The position numbers were made by a program, and so were the translations under genes. Of a stretch of 64,000 bases of DNA, positions 1-12,119 are shown piece by piece. Position 1 is the stretch's first letter. The number at the start of each line of letters is the position of its first letter. Under the pieces are notes generated by a model that searched no databases, was not told the DNA's origin, and saw only the letters and a list, made by a program, of their open reading frames with translations. This DNA is from Octopus sinensis. Lineage: Eukaryota. Location of the stretch: positions 53,816,001-53,880,000 of the forward strand of contig NC_043004.1 of assembly GCF_006345805.1 (NCBI RefSeq), written 5' to 3'.

Positions 1-700
1 CCTTTCTGTTGACTAAGCATGGTCGCTTTATGTTCAAAACAGCTTTAAAACAATGAAGTTGATCACAGTATAGATTAGCATTAATTGCTTCCTAGTTGTC
101 AAACAGTTCGTAATGGACAATTCCTTCAGTATCCCACCGTACACTCAACATGATCTTCCCTTGATGAAATCCTCCTCTTGGTTGTTGAACTGGTCTTCCT
201 CCTCGACTGATCCATGATCGGCGGCGTTTAACGTTATGGTAAAGGATCCACTTTTCGTCACCTGTAACAAACCTTCTTAAAAATGATTTCTTACGTTGTC
301 ATGAAATCAATGACTGACAACAAAAAATCACGCTGTTGTAGATTCTCTGGAGACAGTTCGTGCGGGTCCCATTTTCCAAGTCCTTTCCAATCTTTTTCAG
401 TTGGCGTAGAACTGATGTATGGGTTACGTGAAACTGTTCTGCAAGTTCTCTACAAGTAACTGTTGGATTTTCTGTGACAACAGATTCTAACGCTTCGGAA
501 TCAAGTTGTTTTAAACGACTTCCTCTTGGCTTGTCTTTCAAACACAAATCCCATCTCCTGAAGCGACAAAACTATGTCCTGCAACTTCTTTCACTCACTA
601 CATCATCTCCATTCTTAAAACATTGCAAGAGGCACAATTTTCAAAAACACTATCTAAAAAAGCTTTCTAAAATATCGGCCATTACCTTTGCATCAACCTA

Positions 701-701
<1 letters not shown>
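1..701 (-). mobile_element. Mariner (Tc1/mariner) transposon remnant, 5' half with terminal inverted repeat; runs off the window start
   Basis: The minus strand begins TATTAGGTTGATGCAAAGGTAATGGCCG (about 672-701), a mariner-type TIR followed by TA. The HTH region reads DKPRGSRLKQLDSEALESVVTENPTVTCRELAEQFHVTHTSVLRQLKKIGK. The catalytic-domain start reads RRFVTGDEKWILYHNVKRRRSW...WDTEGIVHYELF..INANLYCDQL (manual translation of 1-290). Frameshifts and stops are present. Confidence 0.92.
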
Positions 702-730
<29 letters not shown>

Positions 731-731
<1 letters not shown>

Positions 732-1397
732 ATTATATTAAATTAGAGACAAAACCACTATTAGGCAAATCATACAATGAAAAACTTAAGCCATACATAA
801 GATTATTTAATTTATATTATTTAAATATATAACAAAATTATTAAAAAAATATAATTAATATAACACTACGATCGTTCATGGCTGTTAATTTCTTTAAATT
901 TTCGAGTTACAGTCATTCATCAGGTGGTTTAAATATTTAACTTGACAACAAAAGAACACGCTGTTGTAGATTCTCTGGAGACAGTTCGTGCGGGACCCAT
1001 TTTCCAAGTCCTTTCCAATCCTTTTCAGTTGGCGTAGAACTGATGTATGGGTTACGTTAAACTGTTCTGCAAGTTTTCTACAAGTAACTGGTGGATTTTC
1101 TGTGACAACAGATTCTAAAACTTCGGAATGAATGACTGTACCTCGAAAATTTAAAGAAATTAACAGCCATGAAACGATCGTAGTGTTATATTAATTATAT
1201 TTTTTAAATAATTTTGTTATATATTTAAATAATATAAATTAAATAATCTTATGTATTGGTTTAAGTTTTTCATTGTATGATTTGCCTAATAGTGGTTTTG
1301 TCTCTAATTTAATATAATACAATATTTTACTATAAAATTGGATTCAATCCTAAATCTGATTTTTCCCTGTAAGTTTGGATTTATTCCCTAATATTTA
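731..1397. mobile_element. PLE-type pseudo-LTR fold-back, family A, copy 1
   Basis: Inverted arms 731-920 and 1128-1319, a loop holding a mariner copy, and a 3' tail (1320-1397) ending at (TA)n. An HHR motif lies in the arms. Confidence 0.7.
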
Positions 1398-1544
1398 TTA
1401 TATATATATATATATAATATATATATATAATATATATAGATATATATATTATATATGTATATATATATATATATTATAATATATATATATATATAATATA
1501 TAAATATATATATATATAATATATATATATATATTATATATATA

Positions 1545-2206
1545 TATTATATTAAATTAGAGACAAAACCACTATTAGGCAAATCATACAATGAAAAACT
1601 TAAGCCAATACATAAGATTATTTAATTTATATTATTTAAATATATAACAAAATTATTAAAAAAATATAATTAATATAACACTACGATCGTTTCATGGCTG
1701 TTAATTTCTTTAAATTTTCGAGTTACAGTCATTCATCAGGTGGTTTAAATATTTAACTTGACAACAAAAGAACACGCTGTTGTAGATTCTCTGGAGACAG
1801 TTCGTGCGGGACCCATTTTCCAAGTCCTTTCCAATCCTTTTCAGTTGGCGTAGAACTGATGTATGGGTTACGTTAAACTGTTCTGCAAGTTTTCTACAAG
1901 TAACTGGTGGATTTTCTGCGACAACAGATTCTAAAACTTCGGAATGAATGACTGTACCTCGAAAATTTAAAGAAATTAACAGCTATGAAACGATCGTAGT
2001 GTTATATTAATTATATTTTTTAAATAATTTTGTTATATATTTAAATAATATAAATTAAATAATCTTATGTATTGATTTAAGTTTTTCATTGTATGATTTG
2101 CCTAATAGTGGTTTTGTCTCTAATTTAATATAATATAATATTTTACTATAAAATTGGATTCAATCCTAAATCTGATTTTTCCTGTAAGTTTGGATTTATT
2201 CCCTAA

Positions 2207-2212
<6 letters not shown>
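1545..2212. mobile_element. PLE-type pseudo-LTR fold-back, family A, copy 2 (tandem duplicate, period about 816 bp)
   Basis: Near-identical direct repeat of 731-1397, separated from it by a (TA)n tract. Confidence 0.7.
1677..1745 (-). ncRNA. Minimal type I hammerhead ribozyme, family A (intact core)
   Basis: Minus strand: AACCAC-CUGAUGA-AUGACUGU...ACAGCCAU-GAAAC-GAUC-GUA|GUGUU. Stem II is 8 bp with one mismatch, stem III is the palindrome ACGAUCGU, and stem I is short. The sister copy at 862-929 lacks one A of GAAA. Confidence 0.75.
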
Positions 2213-2258
<46 letters not shown>

Positions 2259-2260
2259 AT

Positions 2261-2772
2261 ATTGTTGTATTTAGGAATGATCATATTGCCAGTTTATCCA
2301 ATAAAAACACACGCACTATATTTGGTGTATTTTTGCTTCAGTGTTATTTACTTATTACATTAATCTTAATCTTATTTCGGCCAGAGTTCTTTCGTCACAC
2401 TCCTGTGACCGCATCAGTGGTCCTTTGTTTTCTTCTTTCTTATTTGTGTCTCTCCTTACTAACCGTCAGCCATTTTGTATACAAAACATTGAAATACAAA
2501 ATGGCTGACGGTTAGTAAGGTGAGACACAAATAAGAAAGAAGAAAACAAAGGACCACTGATGCGGTCACAGGAGTGTGACGAAAGAACTCTGGCCGAAAT
2601 AAGATTAAGATTAATGTAATAAATAAATAACACTGAAGCAAAATAACACCAAATATATAGTGCGTGTGTTTTTATTGGCTAAACTGGCAATATGATCATT
2701 CTTAAATACAACAATATCTGTTTCAACACACGATTTCACATAAAAAATCTTGCACAACAAATATTTAAACGT
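2261..2772. mobile_element. PLE-type pseudo-LTR fold-back, family B
   Basis: Near-perfect palindrome 2261-2715 centred near 2488, with a unique tail of about 57 bp and (TA)n on both sides. HHR-like motifs lie at 2551-2595 (+) and 2379-2423 (-). Confidence 0.68.
2551..2595 (+). ncRNA. Hammerhead-like motif, family B (A9C core variant)
   Basis: GGACCA-CUGAUGC-G-GUCAC aggagt GUGAC-GAAAG-AA-CUC|UGGCC. Stem II is GUCAC/GUGAC and stem I is GG(A)CCA/UGGCC. Confidence 0.55.
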
Positions 2773-4019
2773 ATATATATATATATATAAACCAGAATAT
2801 TATGATGATGATCTTATCATCATCGATATCAATTACTCAATATCCTTTTTTCTTACTGGCAAGGGTTAGGCAGATTGACAGGATACAATGCGCACAAGGA
2901 CTGCCTCATGGTCCGGTGTGAACTTCGGCACGGTTTCTAGGACTGCTTACATTTTCTTATACCAACAATTTATTGCGTGTGTTGGTTACTTTATGCGTGT
3001 TTTCGGCACTAGTGCTGCAGACTGCAAGGGAACAAAATTACGCTAAGAACTGGAGGGTAAGTATGAAACAAAAGGTCAGAATACTTTGTCAAATGGCTCA
3101 ATATAAAGGTGCCAGTGAAACAATTAAAGTGCTGCACCAGCACATTTACAGACGAGACAACTGCAACAACGTGAAATTGAATGCAATGCGCATGTGCACA
3201 GCCTTACCCAGAAATCGAAGCAACGTTCTTATGGTCGTGAGATCAAAACCTAACTAATACAAAACGTACCATATCACTCTCTTTTTTTATCTCTCTCTCT
3301 CTCTTTATCTCTCTCTCTCTCTCTATCTCTTTCTCTCGCTCTCTTACTGTCTCTGGCACACAGACACACGCACACACGCACAAATACATACACACACACA
3401 TATTGCTCTGCTAGTAAGAAATCCACAATGTCCTGATGCTAATATACAAAAGAATTAACACCGTTTTCTAATTTGTCACGTGACCATCAGTTTCGAGGGA
3501 AGGGGCTTGCCCTTTCTATGTCTTTCATGTCCACTACGGTAAACGTAAAAGACAAGGAAAGCGAAAGTCGACCTCGGCGGAATTTGAACCCAGAACGTTT
3601 TCCCTGTAGAAATACAACGAAGCATTTTCTCCTACATGCTAACAATTCTGCCAGTTCACTGCCTTTAATATAGAGGCACCGCGTTTCTATAGAGGCACAA
3701 GACATGGAGTTTCGTCAACCCAATGTTTCACATGTAGTTACTAGATCCTCCCCACCAAAACATGGAAGGTAAATTCGACCCGGGTGGGATTGCAAATCAG
3801 AACGAGAAGAGGGACGAAATGCTACGGAGTATTCCATCCATGCACTGAGCTGTATAATCTTGCGTTGACAACCATAAACGTATGTTTGCACGTGCTTCAT
3901 TCATTGTGTCTCAGTGCTTCTGTGTTTTTTGATGTCCTGGAACATTGTTATACAATTTATAAACACACATTCACACGCACACGTAGACACACACACACAC
4001 AAACATATGCACATAAATA

Positions 4020-4054
<35 letters not shown>

Positions 4055-4172
4055 ATATATATATATATATATAGACCCATGCATGCATGAATATATGTAC
4101 ATACATACATGCACGCATACATACACAGCTAAATAGCTACATACATAAACATGAACACACGTATGTATGCAT

Positions 4173-4760
4173 ATTTTATTTTATTTTATCTAGTTTCAGC
4201 TCACGAGCTGTGGCCATGCTGGGGCACCGCCATTTGGTGTTGCTACATGATTTTACTTCACGAATACTTTTTAGCAATTACCACTTGGTGCATGAGAGAG
4301 TTCGATGCAGCTGCCCTCATCTGCACCTTCTGCCGTGAAGTTGGCTCATCTGGGACACCTGACAGGAAGAGATCTAGTTTTATTTTTTAAAGACATCTGC
4401 ATCCACCCCATGCAGGTCTCACAGGTTCTTCGGGAGGATATTGAAGAGCTGTGGGCCTCTGAAGCCCAGGCTATCACAGTATCCTGTCCTACATCTTTAT
4501 GGCAAATTTGGAGTCCTTGGCACTATGCAGTGGCGCCCAGTTCTAGTATTTGTGTAACTCTCGATGCTAAAGTTTGGGACAAGTCCTTCTAGGATCTTCC
4601 AGATGTATATTTTGGCATATCTTTCTCGCCTATGCTCTAAGGAATAGAGGCTTAATCTCATGAGTCTTTCCCAGTAGCTTATATGCTGCACAGAGGCTAT
4701 CTTCTTCGTGTAGCTTCGTTGGATCGCCTCAAGTTCTGTGATTAACTTGACACTGGATGG
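4173..4760 (-). mobile_element. CR1/L2-group LINE, 3' end of ORF2 plus 3' tail
   Basis: Minus ORF 4497-4691 reads SYWERLMRLSLYSLEHRRERYAKIYIWKILEGLVPN, the typical CR1-type post-RT motif. It continues CDSLGFRGPQLFNILP..LRDLHGVDADVFKNKLDLFLSGVPDEP and ends in an (AAAAT)n tail. Confidence 0.85.
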
Positions 4761-4785
4761 ATATATATATATGCATATATATATA

Positions 4786-4856
<71 letters not shown>

Positions 4857-5324
4857 TTATGTATATCAAAGGATAAGATACTTCCCTAGAGATATATAGA
4901 CTCATCAATCAGGTTTCGGGTTTTTGTGGCGTATACGTTTACTCCTCTATGGGACGCTGCTCCGTTGCAGGATTACTAGTTTTTGCCAAATGTGTTGACT
5001 GAAGCAACATAGAATACAGTGTTTTGCTCACCAAAACCACAATATTACGATCACGATTGCAGTACTCTAACCACTCAGCCACGTTCATATTGTTATATAT
5101 GTCTTTAAGTTGTTCCACTCAGTTTGACTGCGGCCTCATTAGGGCATCATCTTGAAGGACTTATTAGTCGAACAAATCGTCTCCAGGTCACAAAATTAAA
5201 GCCTAGTATTTATTTCATTGGTATATTGTGCTGAGCCGCTAAGTTCCGGGGACGTAGAGGCGCCGGCATTGGTTGTTAAGTGGAGGTAGGTGACAAACAC
5301 ATACGTATATATGCATATACATAC

Positions 5325-5372
<48 letters not shown>

Positions 5373-6276
5373 ATGTATATATATGTATGTATGTATGTAT
5401 GTACGTATGTATGAATTATGTACATGTTTATATATATATATATTACGGAGATCTACATGTCTCAATTCATTACGCCCGTTTCAAGCTGCTCCATTTAATT
5501 GATTAATGGAAATATTACATCATTTTCGAAAGAAACCGTTATCATCAGATGAACGCATGAACTTTCAAAGATAAAGAAGAAACTATGTTTTTAAACAAAT
5601 TTATATCAATAATGGAAACCAAGTCTAACATTGTTTCTTTTAGATTGTTTTAATGTTTTCATTAAACAATTAAAACGAGCCGCTTGGAAATCCTGTAATG
5701 AATTGACACGTATATATCTTTGTTATTTATCTATATTCTGTTGACCTAACTTGGAATCAGCACTTCGGAAATATTACAGAAAGTATCTTTATAATAAGTA
5801 AATGCCTGATTACCAAGAGCAGATATTCACTTAAAGGGATTGCATTGTCTACACACACGACAGGAATATTTGGTACAAATACCTCTACACAGAGTTTTGA
5901 TATCTAATATTCAAATAATATTGATGGGGTGTGCACATTATACTGAACTAGCAAGGTGCCTCAGCTTTAATCATACACACACGCGCACACACACACACAC
6001 ACACACACAGACGCACACACACACGCACACGCACACACACACACACACACACGCACACACACACACACACACGCACCAACACAGACACACACATACACAC
6101 AGACGCACACTCATAGGTCTTTGGTCGACCTGAGGTTATAGTGTATAACACCTGCCAAAAGTGTCACGCATTGGCTCTGAACCCAGTTTCATGTGGCCAT
6201 GCCTGCGCCTAACGCTAATGTACGTAAATTTATGCAAACATACATACACAGATATTTCCCTTATGTGTGTGCATAT

Positions 6277-6287
6277 ATCTATATCTA

Positions 6288-6375
<88 letters not shown>

Positions 6376-6404
6376 CATCTATCTATCTATCTATCTATCC
6401 ATCG

Positions 6405-6447
<43 letters not shown>

Positions 6448-6452
6448 CATCG

Positions 6453-6502
<50 letters not shown>

Positions 6503-6622
6503 ATATCTATCTATCTATCCATCGATCTATGTATCTATCTATCTATAGATAGATAGATAGATAAATAGATTAAGAGATAGATAGATTAATAGATAGATAG
6601 ATAGACAGATAGGCAGGCAGAC

Positions 6623-6694
<72 letters not shown>
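6277..6694. repeat. (TCTA)n immediately followed by its complement (TAGA)n
   Basis: The strand switch is at TCTA|TAGA, 6545/6546. Confidence 0.95.
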
Positions 6695-6695
<1 letters not shown>

Positions 6696-6732
6696 CATGC
6701 ATACACACATACATATACAATCAAACACACAC

Positions 6733-6851
<119 letters not shown>

Positions 6852-8494
6852 ACACACACACATAGGAACAAAGCAAAACAAATTATACATAAACCTGTAC
6901 AAGTTACATCATGAAGGAGTCAAAGATATTGCTGGATAACGTGTCACAATTAGAAGCGGTTTCATAAAATGAACTGCGTTCAAGAACATTTACAAATATC
7001 CGCTTTATAACTTCATTTTGTTCCCTTGAAATATTTTGTATCAAAGAAATTTATAGACGGCTCTTTGTCTCTCTATCTCATGTAAAGTTGATAAGGGATT
7101 TGAAAGAGACGATATGAAGAGCAAAACGTCCCCTGTTATGTATTGCTCATGCGTTTAATGTTTTCCAATTGTTCCGTGTTTCGTTTCTCTGTGTTATCTT
7201 AATTGTTTGGTAATATATGCTATATAATGCGTACGCTCATTTGGTTATTGATGTATTATGTTATCATTTGTTTATATTTACACACACATGCACTCGCACA
7301 TATACAAATATATGCATAAATATATGCGTAAATATATATCTATTTACGCCTTACATATACATACATATATACATATATACATACTTACATAACTATGCAC
7401 ATATATATTATATATATATAATATATATATATGTTCACATATGTATATATATATATACACATATATATATATGTATATATATATGTGTATGTGTGTGTGT
7501 GTGTGTGAGTGTATATGCATGTGTAATCTGAAGGGATAGTAGATCAACGTGAGTGTTAGAGAAAATCAGAGACGAAAAGATGAAGACTAATATAGCTTTA
7601 TACTTACATACATGCATTTACGAATACATGCGTACATGCGTACATACATAAATGTACGCATGTATACATACATGTATACCTGTATTCATGTATAAATACA
7701 TACATACACTCTCACAACCTCACGCATTCAAATAAACAGCGGCTGAGATAAAGAGATACGTTTATATAATGGTAGTAGCGATAGTATATTGTCCCCTTGA
7801 CAAAGTTACCGTAATTGCAATCAATGAATTCTGAATTGTGAGATTATTTCAACAACAAAAGCTAGGAATTCCATCGTTGAACAGAGAACAATGTATTTTA
7901 ATATTCCATAGAAATGTTCACCTTTGAACTAAACAATTGTATTTTTCGTCGTGAAAATAGCATCACTTCCACGTTGAGAACACAGAAATGAACTCAACAT
8001 CTATTATAAGCATGTAATGGGTATTTTCACGTAATTGATGGAACCAGGGCAAAGCTTATATCTTTTTATTGGGGAAGTCGTTGATAGGTGGTTGATATTC
8101 ATTTAAAATCTTCCGTAATTGTATGGTTATACAGGTTAAAAAACAGTGGGGTTCGCAAGAAGGGAATTTTAAATGTAATGTATGCAGGTAAGTTTCGCTG
8201 AAGGATTAATTGACAAATTAAATTTCAGTGAAGGATCTAATTGGTTGAGATAAAATAAAAGTGAAAGGGATGATAAACAAGTATTTATGGTGTAATGTTA
8301 TGATAAGCATATAAAAGGCAATGATTTCGTTAAAAGACCATAAACCATGTAAAGGCGCATATTTATCCAGGCTGAGAAAGATATTTGAGGACACATTTAC
8401 GTTTATAAAAATAATAAAAAAAACATATATAATGACAGGCAATAACTTTATTTATCACAAAATGCTATGAAGATAAAAAATAAACCTTCTTCAT

Positions 8495-9400
8495 TATATT
8501 GTTATTCACCTTCAGCTTCAACAACTACTTCTATATGAGATCGAACTCATCTATATGCACCAATCAAGTGGTCCTGGCTCATTTTGGACATTACCTTAAC
8601 TATTGACAGCTTTCACAGAATCTTTGGTGTTATGGGCGTGTCCGTTGAGCTCTCTCTCTCAACGACGCTCCACATGAAATAGTCCAATGGATTGAGATGT
8701 GGGGAATTTGGAGGCCAACTGTTTGGGGCTGTGTTATCATGAAAATCTTCAGCCATCCATTCCTGTGTTACTAGAGCTATGTATGATAGTGCAGAGGCTT
8801 ACTGAGACACAAATGGCCTTCAATTGCATACACTATCCAGGGCTTAACAATTATTTCCAGGACCTCAATGTAGGTGGCAGAGCTAACTCTAAGGCCTTGT
8901 GAAAAAATAGAAAGGATGTATCACATATCATTCATTGCTGACAACTCTTAAAAGCATGACACTTGCAGAAATTTTTGAATGCATAAAACTTGGAAATTCA
9001 GAATTGTCTGCATATAAGCATCTGTCATTTCTGCTAACTTTTTGAACTTGGTTGAAGTTTTTCTCGTTTGAGAAAAGCTAAACAAGACCTTCTGCTGGAT
9101 TTTTCAGTTTGTTTAAGAGCCTTTTAGGACTGATGTAGTGATTTACCTTTGCTTTTTCTGACAAATTGACCTTTCCTCATCATATAAGACTTATATCTGA
9201 TATTTTTGTGGACAACATTTCTGAGTGTTCCTTCTGACACATGGAGATCATTTGCAATTGACCTCATGGACTTTCTGGGGTTGTAATCAATTGTCTTTTG
9301 AGCTTGTTGAATAAATTCAGGTGTTCTGATGATTTCCGAGCATTTAGAAGGCTTTTTATGCTTTGATACTCATAATACGTTTCCATCTTCAGTCTCTAGC
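8495..9400 (-). mobile_element. Tc1/mariner-superfamily transposase remnant (probably DD37D/DD41D-type)
   Basis: Manual minus-strand translation gives IRTPEFIQQAQKTIDYNPRKSMRSIANDLHVSEGTLRNVVHKNIRYKSY...FSNEKNFNQ...WPPNSPHLNPLDYFMWSVVERE. The NPLDY third-aspartate motif is present, with many stops and frameshifts. Confidence 0.85.
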
Positions 9401-9574
9401 TCCTAACAAATATCTAGACGAAAGATCTAGAACCTGTTATAAATCGAGATATTTCTAAATCGCTATACTCAGACTTTGTAACTCCTTGTTTCGGTAATTA
9501 CTACTTCCGAGGATCTGCTAGGCATGAAGCATATGTAGCCTGGATTTTATCTACTCCATTCCCTACATTTGAAC

Positions 9575-9617
<43 letters not shown>

Positions 9618-9748
9618 TTCAAATGTACAGAAAATAAAAGACGAAAGCAGGTAAGTAAATGACAAAACAAGTCTAACAGCAGTCTTCCCGTAGCACTTAC
9701 ATAGCCTTACCTGCCTTTTGGGTCTTCTGGATACGAAAACCTCTCATA

Positions 9749-9788
<40 letters not shown>

Positions 9789-9790
9789 TA

Positions 9791-9983
9791 ATAGAAGGAG
9801 CTTCTACAGGACTAGAACTGTTTCATTCAAGAGAAATCTTCAGGAATGCTTCCTGAAGATTTCTCTTGAATGAAACAGTTCTAGTCCTGTAGAAGCTCCT
9901 TCTATATAATAAATTAATTTTACTCTGCTATGTATTGAGTACCTTATTTACTGTGGTTAACCCCGAATCAACCGGGACCTACT

Positions 9984-9986
<3 letters not shown>
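9791..9986. mobile_element. PLE-type pseudo-LTR fold-back, family C
   Basis: Perfect palindrome 9791-9905 with a 3-nt loop (TGC), a tail of about 80 bp, and (TA)n on both sides. Confidence 0.7.
9848..9896 (+). ncRNA. Type I hammerhead ribozyme, family C
   Basis: GCUUC-CUGAAGA-UUUC ucuu GAAU-GAAACAG uucuaguc CUGUA|GAAGC. Stem I is GCUUC/GAAGC and stem III is ACAG/CUGU. Stem II is weak, with a U.U closing pair. Confidence 0.7.
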
Positions 9987-10027
<41 letters not shown>

Positions 10028-10031
<4 letters not shown>

Positions 10032-10404
10032 TTAGGGAATAAATCCAAATTTACAAGAAAAAACCGAATGACCCGTCCTTGTTTTTGTATCGCCTGACTG
10101 GATGTTTTGCTGTCCCCTTTTGTATCATCTAGCTGTCTAGATGGTTTGCGTTCTTGGCCCTTTTTAATATTCCCTTTTATATGAGTATAACGGCGTACGT
10201 GCAATTTTATCTCTTTATATATATATATATATATATTATATTAGAGACAAAACCACTATTATGCAAATCAAACAAAGAAAGACTTAAGCCAATACATAAA
10301 ATAATTTATATAAATTTAGAATTTAACAATTTCTAAATTTATATAAATTATTTTATGTATTGGCTTTGTTTGATTTGCATAATAGTGGTTTTGTCTCTAA
10401 TTTA

Positions 10405-10445
<41 letters not shown>

Positions 10446-11307
10446 AGATCAAATTGCACGTACGCCGTTATACTCATATAAAAAGGAATATTAAAAAGGG
10501 CCAAGAACGCAAATCATCTAGACAGCTAGATGATACAAAAGGGGACAGCAAAACATCCAGTCAGGCGATACAAAAACAAGGACGGGTCATTTGGTGTTTT
10601 CTTTCTTCAGTGCTCTTCCAGATTATCTTTGCAATTTCGGCTGGTTATAATCGAGATTGTTCCAATCTGGCCAGGAAAAACCAAGCAAAAGCGAATGTAT
10701 AAAAAAACTAGGACGTAAAAAACGGAGAAATGGTACACAATTACAAATGCAAATAAGAGGACATTCACAACAGGAGTCTTTCGACTAAGGTCGAATTAAA
10801 TTAAGCTAACGTGTGTGGAAGTGAAGACTTACGGCGGGGGCATAAGAGATAACAGGCATGGGAAAGATTACAGATGTTGCACGGATGGTAGTCGAACCAA
10901 GAAAGAAAGGTCAGGCTTGGTCGAACACCGGTCACGTGGCGAGGGAAGAGAGGGTGAGAGAGACATAGGAGACATAGGGATAGAAGAATTGGAGGGGAGA
11001 CGGGAAAAATGAAAAGGGACAGAATGAAGTGAAAGAGGAGGGATGGTGAGGATGAACAGAAAGACAAGAACTGTGACAGAGGGGGAACGAAAGAAAGAAG
11101 TGGAAGGAACGAAGTAAGTGTGAAGGGGCTGATTGAGAGAAGGAAAGAATGAAAGAATAATAGACTCGTGAAACCAGCCGAAATTGCAAAGATAATCTGG
11201 AACTTGACTGAAGAAAGAAAACTCCGAATGACCCGTCCTTGTTTTTTTGCCGGAGCAGTTGTCAAGCTGTGATGAGGGAGAAACAGACACAAAGATACAT
11301 ACATCCC

Positions 11308-11338
<31 letters not shown>

Positions 11339-11467
11339 CATACATACATACATACATACACACACACATACATTATATATTATATATATGTATATATATA
11401 TATATTATATAATATATATATATTATATATATATATACATTATATATATATATATATGTTATGTGTG

Positions 11468-11498
<31 letters not shown>

Positions 11499-11732
11499 GG
11501 GTATGTATGTATCTTTGTGTCTGTTTCTCCCTCATAACAGCTTGACAACTGCTCCGGCAAAAAAACAAGGACGGGTCATTCGGTTTTCTTTCTTCAGTCA
11601 AGTTCCAGATTATCTTTTCAATTTCGGCTGGTATCACGAGTCTATTATTCTTTCATCCTTTCCTTCTCTCAATCAGCCCCTTCACACTTACTTCTTTCCT
11701 TCCACTTCTTTCTTTCGTTCCCCCTCTGTCAC
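10028..11732. repeat. Nested inverted-repeat cluster of an unclassified repeat (family D) plus a family-A-related palindrome
   Basis: Arms 10063-10217 and 10441-10595 enclose the palindrome 10240-10401 (TTAGAGACAAAACCACTATT...). A second arm pair, about 11076-11345 and about 11463-11732, encloses a (TA)/(CA) tract. Confidence 0.75.
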
Positions 11733-11749
11733 ATATACATCATAATATA

Positions 11750-11817
<68 letters not shown>

Positions 11818-12119
11818 CACGTATATAGATTGATTTCTTTCAGTTTCTATCTCCGAAATGCACTCACAAGGCTTTGGTTGGTCTGAGGTTATAGCAAAAG
11901 ACACATGCCAAGTGACCACACAGTGGGAATGAACGCTGGTCCATGTGCTTTGGAACCAATTTTCTTACCACATATCCACACCTGTAGCTATATATATTTA
12001 TATATATATATTTTTGTGTGTGTGTGTGTATAAATTTATGTATATGTATATGATGTATGCCTGTATATACGTGAGATATCAGTTTCACTTTAATAGTTTC
12101 AATATTAATAGTGAAAGTA

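Noticed and set aside
5515-5560. CTGATGA...GAAA on the minus strand
   Set aside because: No pairable stem II, III or I, so a chance motif.
9370-9400. CTGAAGATGGAAACGTA on the minus strand resembling an HHR
   Set aside because: No room for stem II, and it lies within or at the edge of the transposase coding remnant.
10770-10800. GAC-CTTA-GTC-GAAAGACTC on the minus strand in family D
   Set aside because: It looks like an HHR 3' half, but no CUGANGA-like core precedes it.
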